DNA of 64,000 nt from an uncultured Candidatus Rokubacteria bacterium (GTDB lineage: Bacteria; Methylomirabilota; Methylomirabilia; Rokubacteriales; CSP1-6): NCBI GenBank assembly GCA_963771355.1, contig CAVYTA010000005.1, positions 896,001-960,000 on the forward strand. The letters run 5' to 3'. Below the pieces are notes generated by a model. The model searched no databases. It worked only from the letters and a program-made list of their open reading frames with translations, and was not told the DNA's origin. The translations under genes were made by a program, and so were the position numbers. This document shows, in pieces, positions 20,049 through 29,720 of this stretch (position 1 is the first letter of the stretch; each line of letters begins with the position of its first letter).

Positions 20049-20833
20049 GCGCCCAGCTCGAGGTCCGCGACGTCTCCAAGTCGTTCGGCGGCGTGCAGGC
20101 CGTCACCACGGTGAGCCTCGATGTCCAGCAGGGCGAGCTGCTCTCCGTGATCGGCCCCAACGGGGCCGGGAAGACCTCGCTGCTCAACATGATCAGCGGC
20201 TTCTACCATCCCAACTCGGGCCGCATCGTGCTGGAGGGCACCGACGTCACCGACTTCGCGCCCTCCCGCATCGCCTCTCTCGGGGTGGCGCGGACCTTCC
20301 AGAACATCGCGCTGTTCCGGGGCATGACGGTGCTCGACAACCTCATGCTCGGCCGCCACGTCCACATGCGCTCCGGCGTGCTCGCCTCCTTCATCTACTG
20401 GGGCCTCGCCCAGAAGGAGGAGGTCGCGCACCGGCGCGCGGTGGAGGACATCATCGACTTCCTCAAGATCCAGGACCTGCGCCGGCGGCCCACCGGCTCC
20501 CTCCCCTACGGGCTCCAGAAGCGGGTGGAGCTGGGCCGGGCCCTCGCGCTGCAGCCCAAGGTGCTGTTGCTCGACGAGCCCATGGGCGGCATGAACCAGG
20601 AGGAGAAGGAAGATATGGCGCGCTTCATCCTCGACGTGAACGAGGAGTGGGGCACGACAGTTATCTTGATTGAGCACGACATGGGCGTGGTCATGGATAT
20701 CTCGGACCGGGTGGCCGTCCTCGACATGGGGCAGAAGATCGCCGACGGCACGCCGGACGAGGTCCGCGCCAACCCGCGCGTCATCAAGGCCTACCTCGGC
20801 GAGACCAAGGCGCCGCGCCCCGGAGGGCGCTGA
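20045..20833 (+). CDS. ABC ATP-binding protein (LivG-like), module 2
   Basis: GPNGAGKT, LPYGLQKR, LLLDEP. Confidence 0.93.
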   Translation: MSAQLEVRDVSKSFGGVQAVTTVSLDVQQGELLSVIGPNGAGKTSLLNMISGFYHPNSGRIVLEGTDVTDFAPSRIASLGVARTFQNIALFRGMTVLDNLMLGRHVHMRSGVLASFIYWGLAQKEEVAHRRAVEDIIDFLKIQDLRRRPTGSLPYGLQKRVELGRALALQPKVLLLDEPMGGMNQEEKEDMARFILDVNEEWGTTVILIEHDMGVVMDISDRVAVLDMGQKIADGTPDEVRANPRVIKAYLGETKAPRPGGR

Positions 20834-20834
20834 C

Positions 20835-22754
20835 ATGGCCGACTTCCCATCCACCCTGCCGCGCCTCATGCAGCGCAATGCCCGCGAGCTCGCCGACCGC
20901 CCGGCCCTGCGCGAGAAGGATCGGGGCATCTGGCAGACGTACCGCTGGCGCGACTACCACGATCAGGTGCGTGACCTCGCCCTCGGCCTGGCCGCCCTCG
21001 GCTTCGCGCGCGGCGACGCGCTCAGCGTGATCGGCGACAACCGGCCCCGGCTGTACTGGGCGCAGATGGCGGCCATGAGCCTCGGGGGCCGCTCCGTGCC
21101 TGTCTACCAGGATGCCATCGCGAAGGAGCTGGCCTTCGTCCTCGATCACGCCGAGGTCACGGTGGTGGTGGCCGAGGACCAGGAGCAGGTGGACAAGATC
21201 CTCGCCCTCAAGGATCGGCTGCCGAAGCTCCGGCTCATGGTCTACGACGATCCGCGGGGGATGGTCCACTACAAGGCGGACTGGGTGAAGTCGTTCGCGG
21301 AGGTGCAGGCCCTGGGTCGGGAGCGTGTGGCCCGTGAGCCGGCCGCCTTCGAAGCCGAGGTGGAGCGCGGTCGGCCGGAGGATGTGGCCCTGATCTGCTA
21401 CACCTCGGGCACCACCGGCAACCCCAAGGGCGCCATGCTCACCCACGCCAACGTGATCGCCGTCGCGCGCTCGTTCGTGAGCGTGGAGAAGATCATCGCC
21501 TCCGACGACTATCTCGCCTATCTGCCCATGGCCTGGGTGGGGGACGCCCTGTACAGCATGGTGCTGAGCCTGGTGGTGGGCTTTTGCATGAACTGTCCGG
21601 AAAGCCCGGAAACGGTGCAGCGCGACCTGCGCGAGCTCGGGCCCACCGCGCTCCTGGCCCCGCCGCGCATCTGGGAGAACATGCTGACGGCGGTCCAGGT
21701 TCGCGCCGCCGACGCCACTCCGCTCAAGCGGCGCGTGTTCGACTACTTCCGACGGGTTGCGGAGGCGGCGGAGATTATTCGGGCCGAGGGCAAGCCGCTG
21801 CCGCTCGGGCTCCGGCTCAAGCACGCGCTCGGCGAGTTCTTCGTCTACCGGCCGGTGCGCGACCAGCTCGGCCTTCTCCGGGCCCGGTGGTGCCTCACCG
21901 GCGGGGCGCCGCTCGGGCCGGATACCTTCCGCTTCTTCCGGGCCTTCGGCGTGAACCTCAAGCAGATCTATGGCTCCACCGAGACCACCGGATTGGCCTC
22001 GCTGCAACCGGATGGGGAAGCCGATCCCAATACCGCGGGTCGGCCCTGCCCCGGGATCGAGGTCCGCATCGGGGACCGGGGCGAGGTGCTCGTCAAGAGC
22101 CCGGGGATCTTCAAGGGGTACTTCAAGGCGGAAGAAGCCACCCACGAGGTCATCGATCGTGAGGGCTGGTTCCACACCGGCGACGCCGGCTTCATCGACC
22201 CGCGCGGCCACCTCGTCATCATCGATCGCGCCAAGGATGTCGGGGCCATGCAGGACGGTACCCCCTTCGCCCCGCAGTTCATCGAGAACAAGCTCAAGTA
22301 CAGCCCGTTCATCCGCGAGGCGGTGTGTTTCGGCAACGAGCGGCCCTACGTCGTCGCCATGGTCGCCATCGACATGAACACGGCTGGGAACTGGGCAGAG
22401 CGGCGGGGGCTCCCTTACACGAGCTACATGGACCTTGCCCAGAAGGCGGAGGTCCGGCGCCTTCTCGTGGAAGAGATCGCCAAGGCCAACGCCACGCTGC
22501 CGGAGTCCACTCGCATCCGCCGCCTGCTCCTCCTCACCAAGGACCTCGAGGCCGACGACGCCGAGATGACCCGGACCCGAAAAGTCCGCCGGCGGTTCGT
22601 GGCCGAGAAGTACGCGCCGGTGATCGAGGCCTTTTACGGCGGCGCGGGCGAGGTGGAGCTATCGACGAGCATCACCTACGAGGACGGCCGGCAGGCTGTC
22701 GTTCGATCGCGCGTCCACATCGAGGACGTGGAGAGAGAGCCCGCCCATGTCTGA
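20835..22754 (+). CDS. Long-chain fatty acid--CoA ligase, module 2
   Basis: YTSGTTGNPKG, YGSTE, TGDAG, EMTRTRKVRR; paralogue of 12910..14880. Confidence 0.92.
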   Translation: MADFPSTLPRLMQRNARELADRPALREKDRGIWQTYRWRDYHDQVRDLALGLAALGFARGDALSVIGDNRPRLYWAQMAAMSLGGRSVPVYQDAIAKELAFVLDHAEVTVVVAEDQEQVDKILALKDRLPKLRLMVYDDPRGMVHYKADWVKSFAEVQALGRERVAREPAAFEAEVERGRPEDVALICYTSGTTGNPKGAMLTHANVIAVARSFVSVEKIIASDDYLAYLPMAWVGDALYSMVLSLVVGFCMNCPESPETVQRDLRELGPTALLAPPRIWENMLTAVQVRAADATPLKRRVFDYFRRVAEAAEIIRAEGKPLPLGLRLKHALGEFFVYRPVRDQLGLLRARWCLTGGAPLGPDTFRFFRAFGVNLKQIYGSTETTGLASLQPDGEADPNTAGRPCPGIEVRIGDRGEVLVKSPGIFKGYFKAEEATHEVIDREGWFHTGDAGFIDPRGHLVIIDRAKDVGAMQDGTPFAPQFIENKLKYSPFIREAVCFGNERPYVVAMVAIDMNTAGNWAERRGLPYTSYMDLAQKAEVRRLLVEEIAKANATLPESTRIRRLLLLTKDLEADDAEMTRTRKVRRRFVAEKYAPVIEAFYGGAGEVELSTSITYEDGRQAVVRSRVHIEDVEREPAHV

Positions 22755-23643
22755 CGCGCTCGCCTTCTTCTTTCTGCTCATGTCCAACGGCGTGATGATC
22801 GGCCTGATGTACTCGCTGGTCGCGCTGGGCTTCGTCCTCGTCTACAAGGCCACCGACGCGGTCAACTTCGCCCAGGGCGAGTTCGTCATGATCGCGGCTC
22901 TCGCCGTCGCCCTGAGCATGCTCGCCGCCGGGGCGCCCCTCTGGGTGGCGGTCATCGTCGGGATCGCGGGGATGATCGCCTTCGGCTTCGCGCTGGAGCG
23001 GGTCGTCCTCCGCAAGCTCATCGGGCGCCCGGTGATTGCCGTGGTCATGGCCACCATTGGCCTGGCCGCCATCCTACGTGGCGTCGGGCCCACCTTCTTC
23101 GGAGCGGGCACCAAGAACCTGCCGCTCCCCATCAGCGACGAGCCTTTCATGCTCGGCCCGCTCTTCATCCCGCCCATCCAGGTGCTCGGCGCCGCGGTCA
23201 GCGTGATTTTCATCGGCGGCTTCGGCTGGTTCTTCCTCAAGTCCCGCAAGGGGATCGCGATGCGCGCGGTGGCCGACAACCAGCAGGTGGCCATGGCGAT
23301 GGGCATCAACGTCCAGCGCTACTTCGGCCTCGCCTGGGCCATGACGGGGATCGTCTCGGCGCTGGGCGGCATCATCTGGGGCAACATGCTCGGGGTCGAC
23401 GTGAACCTCTCGCTCGTCGGCTTCAAGGTGTTCCCGGTGGTGATCCTGGGCGGACTCGACTCCATCCCGGGCGCCATCGTCGGAGGGCTCATCGTGGGCC
23501 TCGTGGAGAACGTGGCCGCCGGCTACGTGGACCCCTACGTGGGCGGGGGCACCAAGGACTTCGCGCCGTACGTGCTGATGATCCTCGCCCTCATGATCCG
23601 GCCCTACGGCATCTTCGGCAAGCGCATCATCGAGAGGATATAG
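22747..23643 (+). CDS. ABC permease (LivH-like), module 2
   Basis: YSLVALGFVLVYKATDAVNFAQG, RPYGIFG. Confidence 0.92.
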   Translation: MSDALAFFFLLMSNGVMIGLMYSLVALGFVLVYKATDAVNFAQGEFVMIAALAVALSMLAAGAPLWVAVIVGIAGMIAFGFALERVVLRKLIGRPVIAVVMATIGLAAILRGVGPTFFGAGTKNLPLPISDEPFMLGPLFIPPIQVLGAAVSVIFIGGFGWFFLKSRKGIAMRAVADNQQVAMAMGINVQRYFGLAWAMTGIVSALGGIIWGNMLGVDVNLSLVGFKVFPVVILGGLDSIPGAIVGGLIVGLVENVAAGYVDPYVGGGTKDFAPYVLMILALMIRPYGIFGKRIIERI

Positions 23644-23765
23644 AGCGATGATAAGAGCCCATCTGCTTCGTTGGCGCCCTCGGCCACACGCTCAACGTAC
23701 CAGGGGTACGCCTCGCGTGCGGCCGTCGGGCGCCGCCTCGCATCTGGGCCCTTCTCATCGCTCTA
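23641..23765. repeat. Repeat family B, ~125-bp imperfect palindrome (MITE/REP-like)
   Basis: Terminal IR TAGAGCGATGA/TCATCGCTCTA; internal CTTCGTT...CTCAACGTAC-N5-GTACGCCTCG...GCCTCG shared with 59025..59151. Confidence 0.8.
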
Positions 23766-23796
23766 CAGGGGCCCGGCTGGTGGGGGGAGGCGGCGC

Positions 23797-24864
23797 GTGA
23801 TCCATCGCGAGTGCGGCGTCCTCAAGACCAGCTACGAGGCGGACATGGCGCTGTACCCCCTGCCCATCGCGCGGTGGACGGTGGGGGTCCTCGCGGTGCT
23901 GTTCTTCGCCGTCCTCCCCTTGACGCTCCACGAGTACTACCTCTCGATCGGCAACCTCGTCTGGATCGCGGTCATCGGCGCGCTGGGCCTCAACATCCTC
24001 GTGGGCTATACCGGGCAAGTCTCCATCGGCCACGGGGCCTTCATGTCGGTGGGCGCCTACACCGCCGCCAACCTGGCCACGCGGCTCGACTCGCCGTGGC
24101 CGGTGAACATCCTCGCGGGCGGCCTCATGGCGGCGGCGGTGGGGGCGGTGGTGGGCATTCCCTCCCTGCGCATCAAGGGGCTCTACCTGGCCATCGCGAC
24201 GCTGGCCGGTCAGCTCATCATCGAGTGGATCATCAACCACGTGACCTTCATCAGCGGGGGGGTGCAGGCCTCCATCGAGGTGCCGCGCCCGCGTCTGGGC
24301 ACCATCCCGCTCGCCAGCCAGCGTCAGCTGTACTTCTTCCTCCTGGCCTTCGTGGTGCTCGCCATCATCGCCACCCTCAATCTCGTGCGCAGCCGGGTGG
24401 GACGGGCCTTCATCGCCATCCGCGATCAGGACATCGCCGCGGAGATCATCGGCATCGACATCTTTCGCTACAAGCTCCTCGCCTTCGCGATCTCGTCGTT
24501 CTATGCCGGCGTCACCGGCGTGCTCTACACCTACTTCCTCGGCATCGCCAACTACGAGCAGTTCCAGATCAACGTGTCCATCGACTACCTCGCCATGATC
24601 ATCGTGGGAGGGCTGGGTTCGATTCTGGGCTCGGTCCTCGGCGCCATGTTCATCACCCTGCTCCCCATCGTCATCCGTCTGAGCATGGAGGCCTTCGGGG
24701 GCATGTTCCTCGAGCCCCAGACCGTGCTGAACCTCATCCCCAACCTGCGTCTCATGATGTTCGGCGCCCTCATCATCTTCTTTCTCGTCGTCGAGCCGGA
24801 AGGGTTGAATCGGCTCTGGCGGAACATCCGGAACTATTTCCGGATCTGGCCATTCGCGTACTGA
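23797..24864 (+). CDS. ABC permease (LivM-like), module 2
   Basis: GLNILVGYTGQVSIG, LRIKGLYLAIATLA. GTG start after GGAGG, matching the start of the module 1 paralogue. Confidence 0.92.
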   Translation: MIHRECGVLKTSYEADMALYPLPIARWTVGVLAVLFFAVLPLTLHEYYLSIGNLVWIAVIGALGLNILVGYTGQVSIGHGAFMSVGAYTAANLATRLDSPWPVNILAGGLMAAAVGAVVGIPSLRIKGLYLAIATLAGQLIIEWIINHVTFISGGVQASIEVPRPRLGTIPLASQRQLYFFLLAFVVLAIIATLNLVRSRVGRAFIAIRDQDIAAEIIGIDIFRYKLLAFAISSFYAGVTGVLYTYFLGIANYEQFQINVSIDYLAMIIVGGLGSILGSVLGAMFITLLPIVIRLSMEAFGGMFLEPQTVLNLIPNLRLMMFGALIIFFLVVEPEGLNRLWRNIRNYFRIWPFAY

Positions 24865-24889
24865 GGTACGCGAGGAAAGGAGAACTATC

Positions 24890-26135
24890 ATGCGACTTCG
24901 ACTGATCGTTCTGCTGGTTTTGATTGGCGTGACGGGGCTGCTCGCGGGGCCGTCGCCGGTGGCGGCGAGCCACGAGATCGTGATCGGCATGCAATGCGAT
25001 CGCACGGGGGCGACCCAGATCGTGGGTACCGTCCTCTGCCCGGGCAAGCACGACTACATCGCTCTCGTGAACAGCAAGGGCGGCGTGGAGGGCCACAAGA
25101 TCAAGGCCCTCGAGGTCGATCACGAGTACAAGGTGCCGCCGGGGGTGGAGTCCTACGAGCGCCACAAGAAGGAAGGCGCGGTGTCCATCGACGTCTACGG
25201 CACCCCGCACATCTATGCGCTCGCCGCCAAGCTGACGGAGGATCGCATCCCGGGCACCTCCCCGGGCTTCGGCAGCGCCGCCGCCGCCGACGGCATCCGG
25301 TACCCTTACATCTTCCCCATCGCCGCCACCTACTGGTCGCAGGGCACCGCGTCGGTGGACTTCGCGAAGAAGCAGCTGGGCGGCAGTCTCAAGGGAAAGA
25401 AGATCGCGTACATCTTCTATGACAACCCCGCCGGGCGCGAGCCGATCGAGGTGCTCGAGGACCTCGCGACCCTCGAGGGCTTCCAGCTCAGGGACGTTCG
25501 CGGTGCCGCCTCCCGGCGTGGAGATGGGCGCCCAGGTGCTCGACATCGCGCAGCGGTTCCGCGCCGACTTCGTGATCGCCCATCTGTTCGGCGGCGCGCC
25601 CGCGGTGTCGATCAAGGAGCTCAAGCGCGTGGGGTATCCGCTGCGCAAGGTCATCGCGTTCGTGTGGGGCTCGGCGGAGGCCAATATCGAGGCGGCGGGC
25701 GGCTTCGCCGTCGCCGAGGGCTACTACACCATGCAGTTCGCCGGCGTGGGCCAGGACTACCCGGTGCTGAACGAGATCCGCGAGATGTACAAGAAGCAGG
25801 GGAAGCCGGCGCCGAAGGAGATGGCGTCCACCGTCTTCTACAACCGCGGCGTCCTCATCGCGGCGGTCCACGTGGAGGCGATCCGCCACGCCCTCAAGGC
25901 CAAGCCGGACGGGAAGATCACCGGAGTGGACGTGAAGGCGGGCTTCGAGAAGATCTCCAACTTCACCCTGGGCGGACTGGTGCCGCCGCTCAAGATCACG
26001 CCGACCGACCACGAGGGCGGCGGGCTCGTCCAGATCTGGCAGGTGAAGGGCGGCAAGTTCGAGAAGACCACGGAGTGGTTCTCGGCGTATCCCGACGTGT
26101 TGGCCAAGCACATCAAGGCCGCGGGCTCGAAGTAG
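24890..26135 (+). CDS. ABC substrate-binding protein (LivK-like), module 2; frameshift at ~25490
   Basis: N-half in ORF 24890 (signal peptide, DRTGATQIVG), C-half in ORF 25419..26135 (TFAVPPPG...TDHEGG). Removing one G from AGGG (25490-25493) joins them. Confidence 0.85.
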
Positions 26136-26159
26136 CCGCGCGGAGAACGGAGATGCGCG

Positions 26160-26183
26160 GGAGGGGGCTCCGACGCCCCCTCC
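26160..26183. repeat. GC-rich intergenic hairpin
   Basis: GGAGGGGGC-TCCGAC-GCCCCCTCC (9-bp stem) between the binding protein and ATPase genes; no U-tract. Confidence 0.6.
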
Positions 26184-26197
26184 GACGCGACATCGCG

Positions 26198-26992
26198 ATG
26201 CTGAGTCTCAACAACGTCGAGGTCATCTACGACAGTGTCATCCTCGTCCTCAAGGGGGTGTCCATCGCCTGCGAGGACGGGCGCATCACCACCCTGCTCG
26301 GGGCCAATGGGGCGGGAAAGACGACCACCCTCAAGGCCATCTCCGGGGTGCTGCGCACCGAGCGGGGCGAGGTGACCAAGGGCTCGGTCGAGCTCAACGG
26401 ACAGCGCATCGACCGGTTGCCGCCCTACGACGTGGTTCGGCGCGGTGTGGTCCAGGTCTTCGAGGGCCGCCGCGTGTTCGAGCACCTCACCACCGAGGAG
26501 AATCTCGTGGCGGGCGCCCACACCCAGCCCGACCGCGTCAAGGTCGCCGCGGGCATCGAGCGCGTGTACCAGTACTTCCCGCGGCTGAAGGAGCGGCGCC
26601 ACGTCCAGTCGGGATACCTTTCGGGGGGCGAGCAGCAGATGCTCGTCATCGGGCGCGCCCTGATGTCGACGCCCAAGGTCATGCTCCTCGACGAGCCCTC
26701 GCTCGGGCTGGCGCCGATGCTCGTCGAAGAGATATTCGCGATCGTCCAGCGCCTCAACCAGCAGGAGAAGCTCACCGTGCTGCTCGTCGAGCAGAATGCC
26801 ACCATGGCGCTCAGCATCGCCGACCACGGCTACGTCATGGAGAACGGCCGGATCGTGCTGGAGGGCACGGGCGACTCGCTCCGCGAGAACCCGGACATCA
26901 AGGAGTTCTATCTCGGCCTCACCGAGGTGGGCGCGCGGAAGTCGTACCGCGACGTCAAGCACTACAAGCGCCGCAAGCGCTGGCTGAGCTAG
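26198..26992 (+). CDS. ABC ATP-binding protein (LivF-like), module 2
   Basis: MLSLNNVEVIYD, GANGAGKT, LSGGEQQM. Confidence 0.93.
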   Translation: MLSLNNVEVIYDSVILVLKGVSIACEDGRITTLLGANGAGKTTTLKAISGVLRTERGEVTKGSVELNGQRIDRLPPYDVVRRGVVQVFEGRRVFEHLTTEENLVAGAHTQPDRVKVAAGIERVYQYFPRLKERRHVQSGYLSGGEQQMLVIGRALMSTPKVMLLDEPSLGLAPMLVEEIFAIVQRLNQQEKLTVLLVEQNATMALSIADHGYVMENGRIVLEGTGDSLRENPDIKEFYLGLTEVGARKSYRDVKHYKRRKRWLS

Positions 26993-26995
26993 CCC

Positions 26996-28519
26996 GTGGC
27001 CGCGCAGGACCTCACCGTCTACGACATCTTCGCGCGCGGCGCCGCCTTGTACGGCGCGGCGCCCGCGGTGTTCCAGGGTGAGAGGGAGCTGACGTTCGAC
27101 GCGCTCCGGCGGCGCGTGGATGCCCTCGCGGGCGGGCTGGCCGCCCAGGGGCTGGTCAAGGGCGACCGGATCTGCGTGCTGGCCCAGAACGACCTCGCCT
27201 ACCTCGAGCTCTACGGCGCCTGCGCGCGGCAGGGCATCATCGCCTATCCCATCAACTGGCGGCTCACCGGCGAGGAAGTGGAGCGCGTGCTGGAGCGCGC
27301 CGCGCCGAGGATGATGGTGGTGGATGCCTCCACCCTGAGCGTGGTGGGGGCGTGGCCCGGCACGAAGCCGGCCATCCCGCACTGGTATCAGCTCGGCGAG
27401 ACGCCGGCCGCCGGCTTCAAGGCCTTCGCCGCGCTGTACCGGGAGGGCCCCGCGCCCGAGCCGGCGGCGGTGGGTGACGACGACGTGTTCGCGGTGATCT
27501 CCACCGCGGCGATGGACTTGACCCCGCGCGGGGCCGCGCTCACCCACGCCAACGTCATCGCGGCCAACCTCACCATCATGGCCGCCAGTGGCCTCGGTCC
27601 GTCGGACCGCTATCTGGTGGCCTTGCCGCTCTTCCACATCACGGCGCTGGGCTGGGCCCTGGCCGTGCTCCACGCGGGCGGCGCCAGCGTGGTGATGACG
27701 CGCTTCGACGGGGACGAGGCGGTGCGGCTCATCGATCGCCATCGGGTCACCCATCTCTCCGATTTTCCGCCCGTGCTCGCCACCGTGCTCGATGCCGCCG
27801 AGAAGCAGGGGAGCCGGCTGGCAAGCCTCACGCACGTCTCGGGTCTCGACGCCCCCCCGACCATCCAGCGGCTGCACGAGAAGACGGGCGCGAAGTTCTG
27901 GACCGGCTTCGGGCAATCGGAGACCAGCGGGTTCGTGTCCATCGTCCGCGTGCTCGACAAGCCGGGCTCGGCGGGGAAGCCGGTGCCGGCGGCCCAGGTG
28001 CGCCTGGTCGACGACTACGACCGCGAGGTGCCGGTGGGGACCCCGGGAGAGATCACCGTGCGGGGCCCGCTCGTCTTCCAGGGCTACTACGCGCAGCCCG
28101 ACGTCACCGCCTACACGCTCCGGAACGGCTGGCATCACACGGGCGACGTGGGGCGCTTCGACGCCGACGGGTATCTCTATTACGTCAAGCGGAAGCCGGA
28201 GAAGGAGCTGATCAAGCCGGGCGGCGAGAACGTCTATCCGGCCGAGGTGGAGACGGTGATCATGGAGATGGCGGGGGTGAGCGGGGTGTGCGTCTACGGC
28301 ATCCCCGACCCGCGCTGGGGCGAGGCGGTCAAGGCGGTGGTGGAGGTGAAAGCGCCGGCTACCTACACCGGCCCGGCGGTGACGGACTTCGTGGGGTCCC
28401 GGATCGCCCGCTTCAAGCGGCCGCACGTGGTGGTGTTCACCGACGCGCTGCCGCGCAATGCCGAGGGCGCGGTGGATCGGGACGCGGTCAAGGCCAAGTG
28501 GGGAGAGGGCGCAGCGTGA
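26996..28519 (+). CDS. AMP-binding (ANL family) protein with non-canonical P-loop
   Basis: LPLFH, GFGQSET, TGDVG and GGENVYPAEVE present; P-loop reads ISTAAMDLTPRG. Confidence 0.85.
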   Translation: MAAQDLTVYDIFARGAALYGAAPAVFQGERELTFDALRRRVDALAGGLAAQGLVKGDRICVLAQNDLAYLELYGACARQGIIAYPINWRLTGEEVERVLERAAPRMMVVDASTLSVVGAWPGTKPAIPHWYQLGETPAAGFKAFAALYREGPAPEPAAVGDDDVFAVISTAAMDLTPRGAALTHANVIAANLTIMAASGLGPSDRYLVALPLFHITALGWALAVLHAGGASVVMTRFDGDEAVRLIDRHRVTHLSDFPPVLATVLDAAEKQGSRLASLTHVSGLDAPPTIQRLHEKTGAKFWTGFGQSETSGFVSIVRVLDKPGSAGKPVPAAQVRLVDDYDREVPVGTPGEITVRGPLVFQGYYAQPDVTAYTLRNGWHHTGDVGRFDADGYLYYVKRKPEKELIKPGGENVYPAEVETVIMEMAGVSGVCVYGIPDPRWGEAVKAVVEVKAPATYTGPAVTDFVGSRIARFKRPHVVVFTDALPRNAEGAVDRDAVKAKWGEGAA

Positions 28520-29720
28520 AGGTGTTCAACGAGCAGCACGACATGTTCCGGCAGGCGGTGCGGTCCTTCGTGGACAAGGAGGTCGCGCCCCACATCGAGG
28601 AGTGGGAGGAAGCGGGCCAGATTCCCCGATCCATCTGGCCGCGCATGGGCGAGCTGGGCTTTCTCGGCGTGGAGTACGACGAGAAGTACGGCGGGGCCGG
28701 CGCGGATTTCCTCACCTCCGCGGTGCTCCACGAGGAGATGGCGCGCTCGCGCTCCGGCTCCCTCGCCATGGCGGTGGGCGTGCAGAACGACATGGCCTCA
28801 CCGCATCTGTACTGGACGGGGAGCGAGGCCCTGAAGGAAAAGTATCTCCCCGGCGTCTGCACGGGCCGGTACCTCTGCGCGATCGCGGTGACCGAGCCGG
28901 GCGGCGGCTCCGACGTGGCCGCCATCAAGACTCGCGCGGTGCGTGACGGCGACCATTACGTCCTCAACGGCTCCAAGATGTTCATCACCAACGGCGCCAT
29001 GGCGGATCTCTACTTCGTCGCCGCGAGAATCCAGACTGCAGGGTCAGTTGGGCGAGGCGCAGCCGAAGGCGAGACGAGCAAAAATACGAAAGATGGAAGA
29101 GCGCCCGTCGCCACCAGGGCATCTCCATGTTCCTGGTGGAGCGTCCCACGCCGGGCTTCACCGTGAGCCGCAAGCTGGACAAGATGGGCATGCGCGCCTC
29201 GGACACCGCCGAGCTGGCCTTCCAGGACGTGCGCGTACCCGCCGAGAACCTCCTGGGCCAGGAAGGTGGAGGCTTCTACGAGGTCATGCGCATCTTCCAG
29301 CGCGAGCGCCTGGTGGCGGGGCTGCACGCGACGGCGGGCTGCCAGCGCGCCCTCGAGGACACCATCGCCTATGTTCAGGGGCGCCACGCCTTCGAGGGCC
29401 CGCTGTCCGAGAAGCAGGTGGTGCGACACAAGCTGGCCGAGCTGGCCACCCTCATCGAGGCCGGCCGCTGGCTCACCTATGCCGCCTGCCTCAAGTATCG
29501 GGATCACGAGGACGCGGTGCGCGAGATCTCCATGGTGAAGCTCTTCACCGCGGACATGGCGCAACGGGTGGCCTATGACTGCGTCCAGCTTCACGGCGGC
29601 TACGGCTACATGCGCGAATACCCCATCGAGCGCTTCTTCCGCGACTACCGGCTCATGACCATCGGCGGCGGCACCTCCGAGATCATGAAGGAGATCATCG
29701 CCAAGCAGATGCGGCTGTGA
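28516..29720 (+). CDS. Acyl-CoA dehydrogenase; internal repeat-A insertion and frameshift at ~29080-29105
   Basis: AVTEPGGGSDV and NGSKMFITNG in the first frame; GISMFLVE, KMGMRASDTAEL, QLHGGYGY and GGTSEI in the frame of 29127. Confidence 0.88.
29052..29079 (+). repeat. Repeat family A copy inside the acyl-CoA dehydrogenase gene
   Basis: GCGAGGCGCAGCCGAAGGCGAGACGAGC, identical to 16598-16625. Confidence 0.93.

Noticed and set aside
23671..23796. N-terminal extensions of ORF 23671 (and similarly ORFs 6480 and 59139)
   Set aside because: They translate repeat elements; paralogue comparison or family motifs favour starts at 23797, 6624 and 59169.
26160..26183. Rho-independent terminator
   Set aside because: Strong stem but no U-tract on either strand, and it lies inside an operon; kept as a hairpin only.
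24890..26992. 700-aa binding protein-ATPase fusion
   Set aside because: Caused by the extra G at ~25490; the real C-half of the binding protein is in another frame and stops at 26135.
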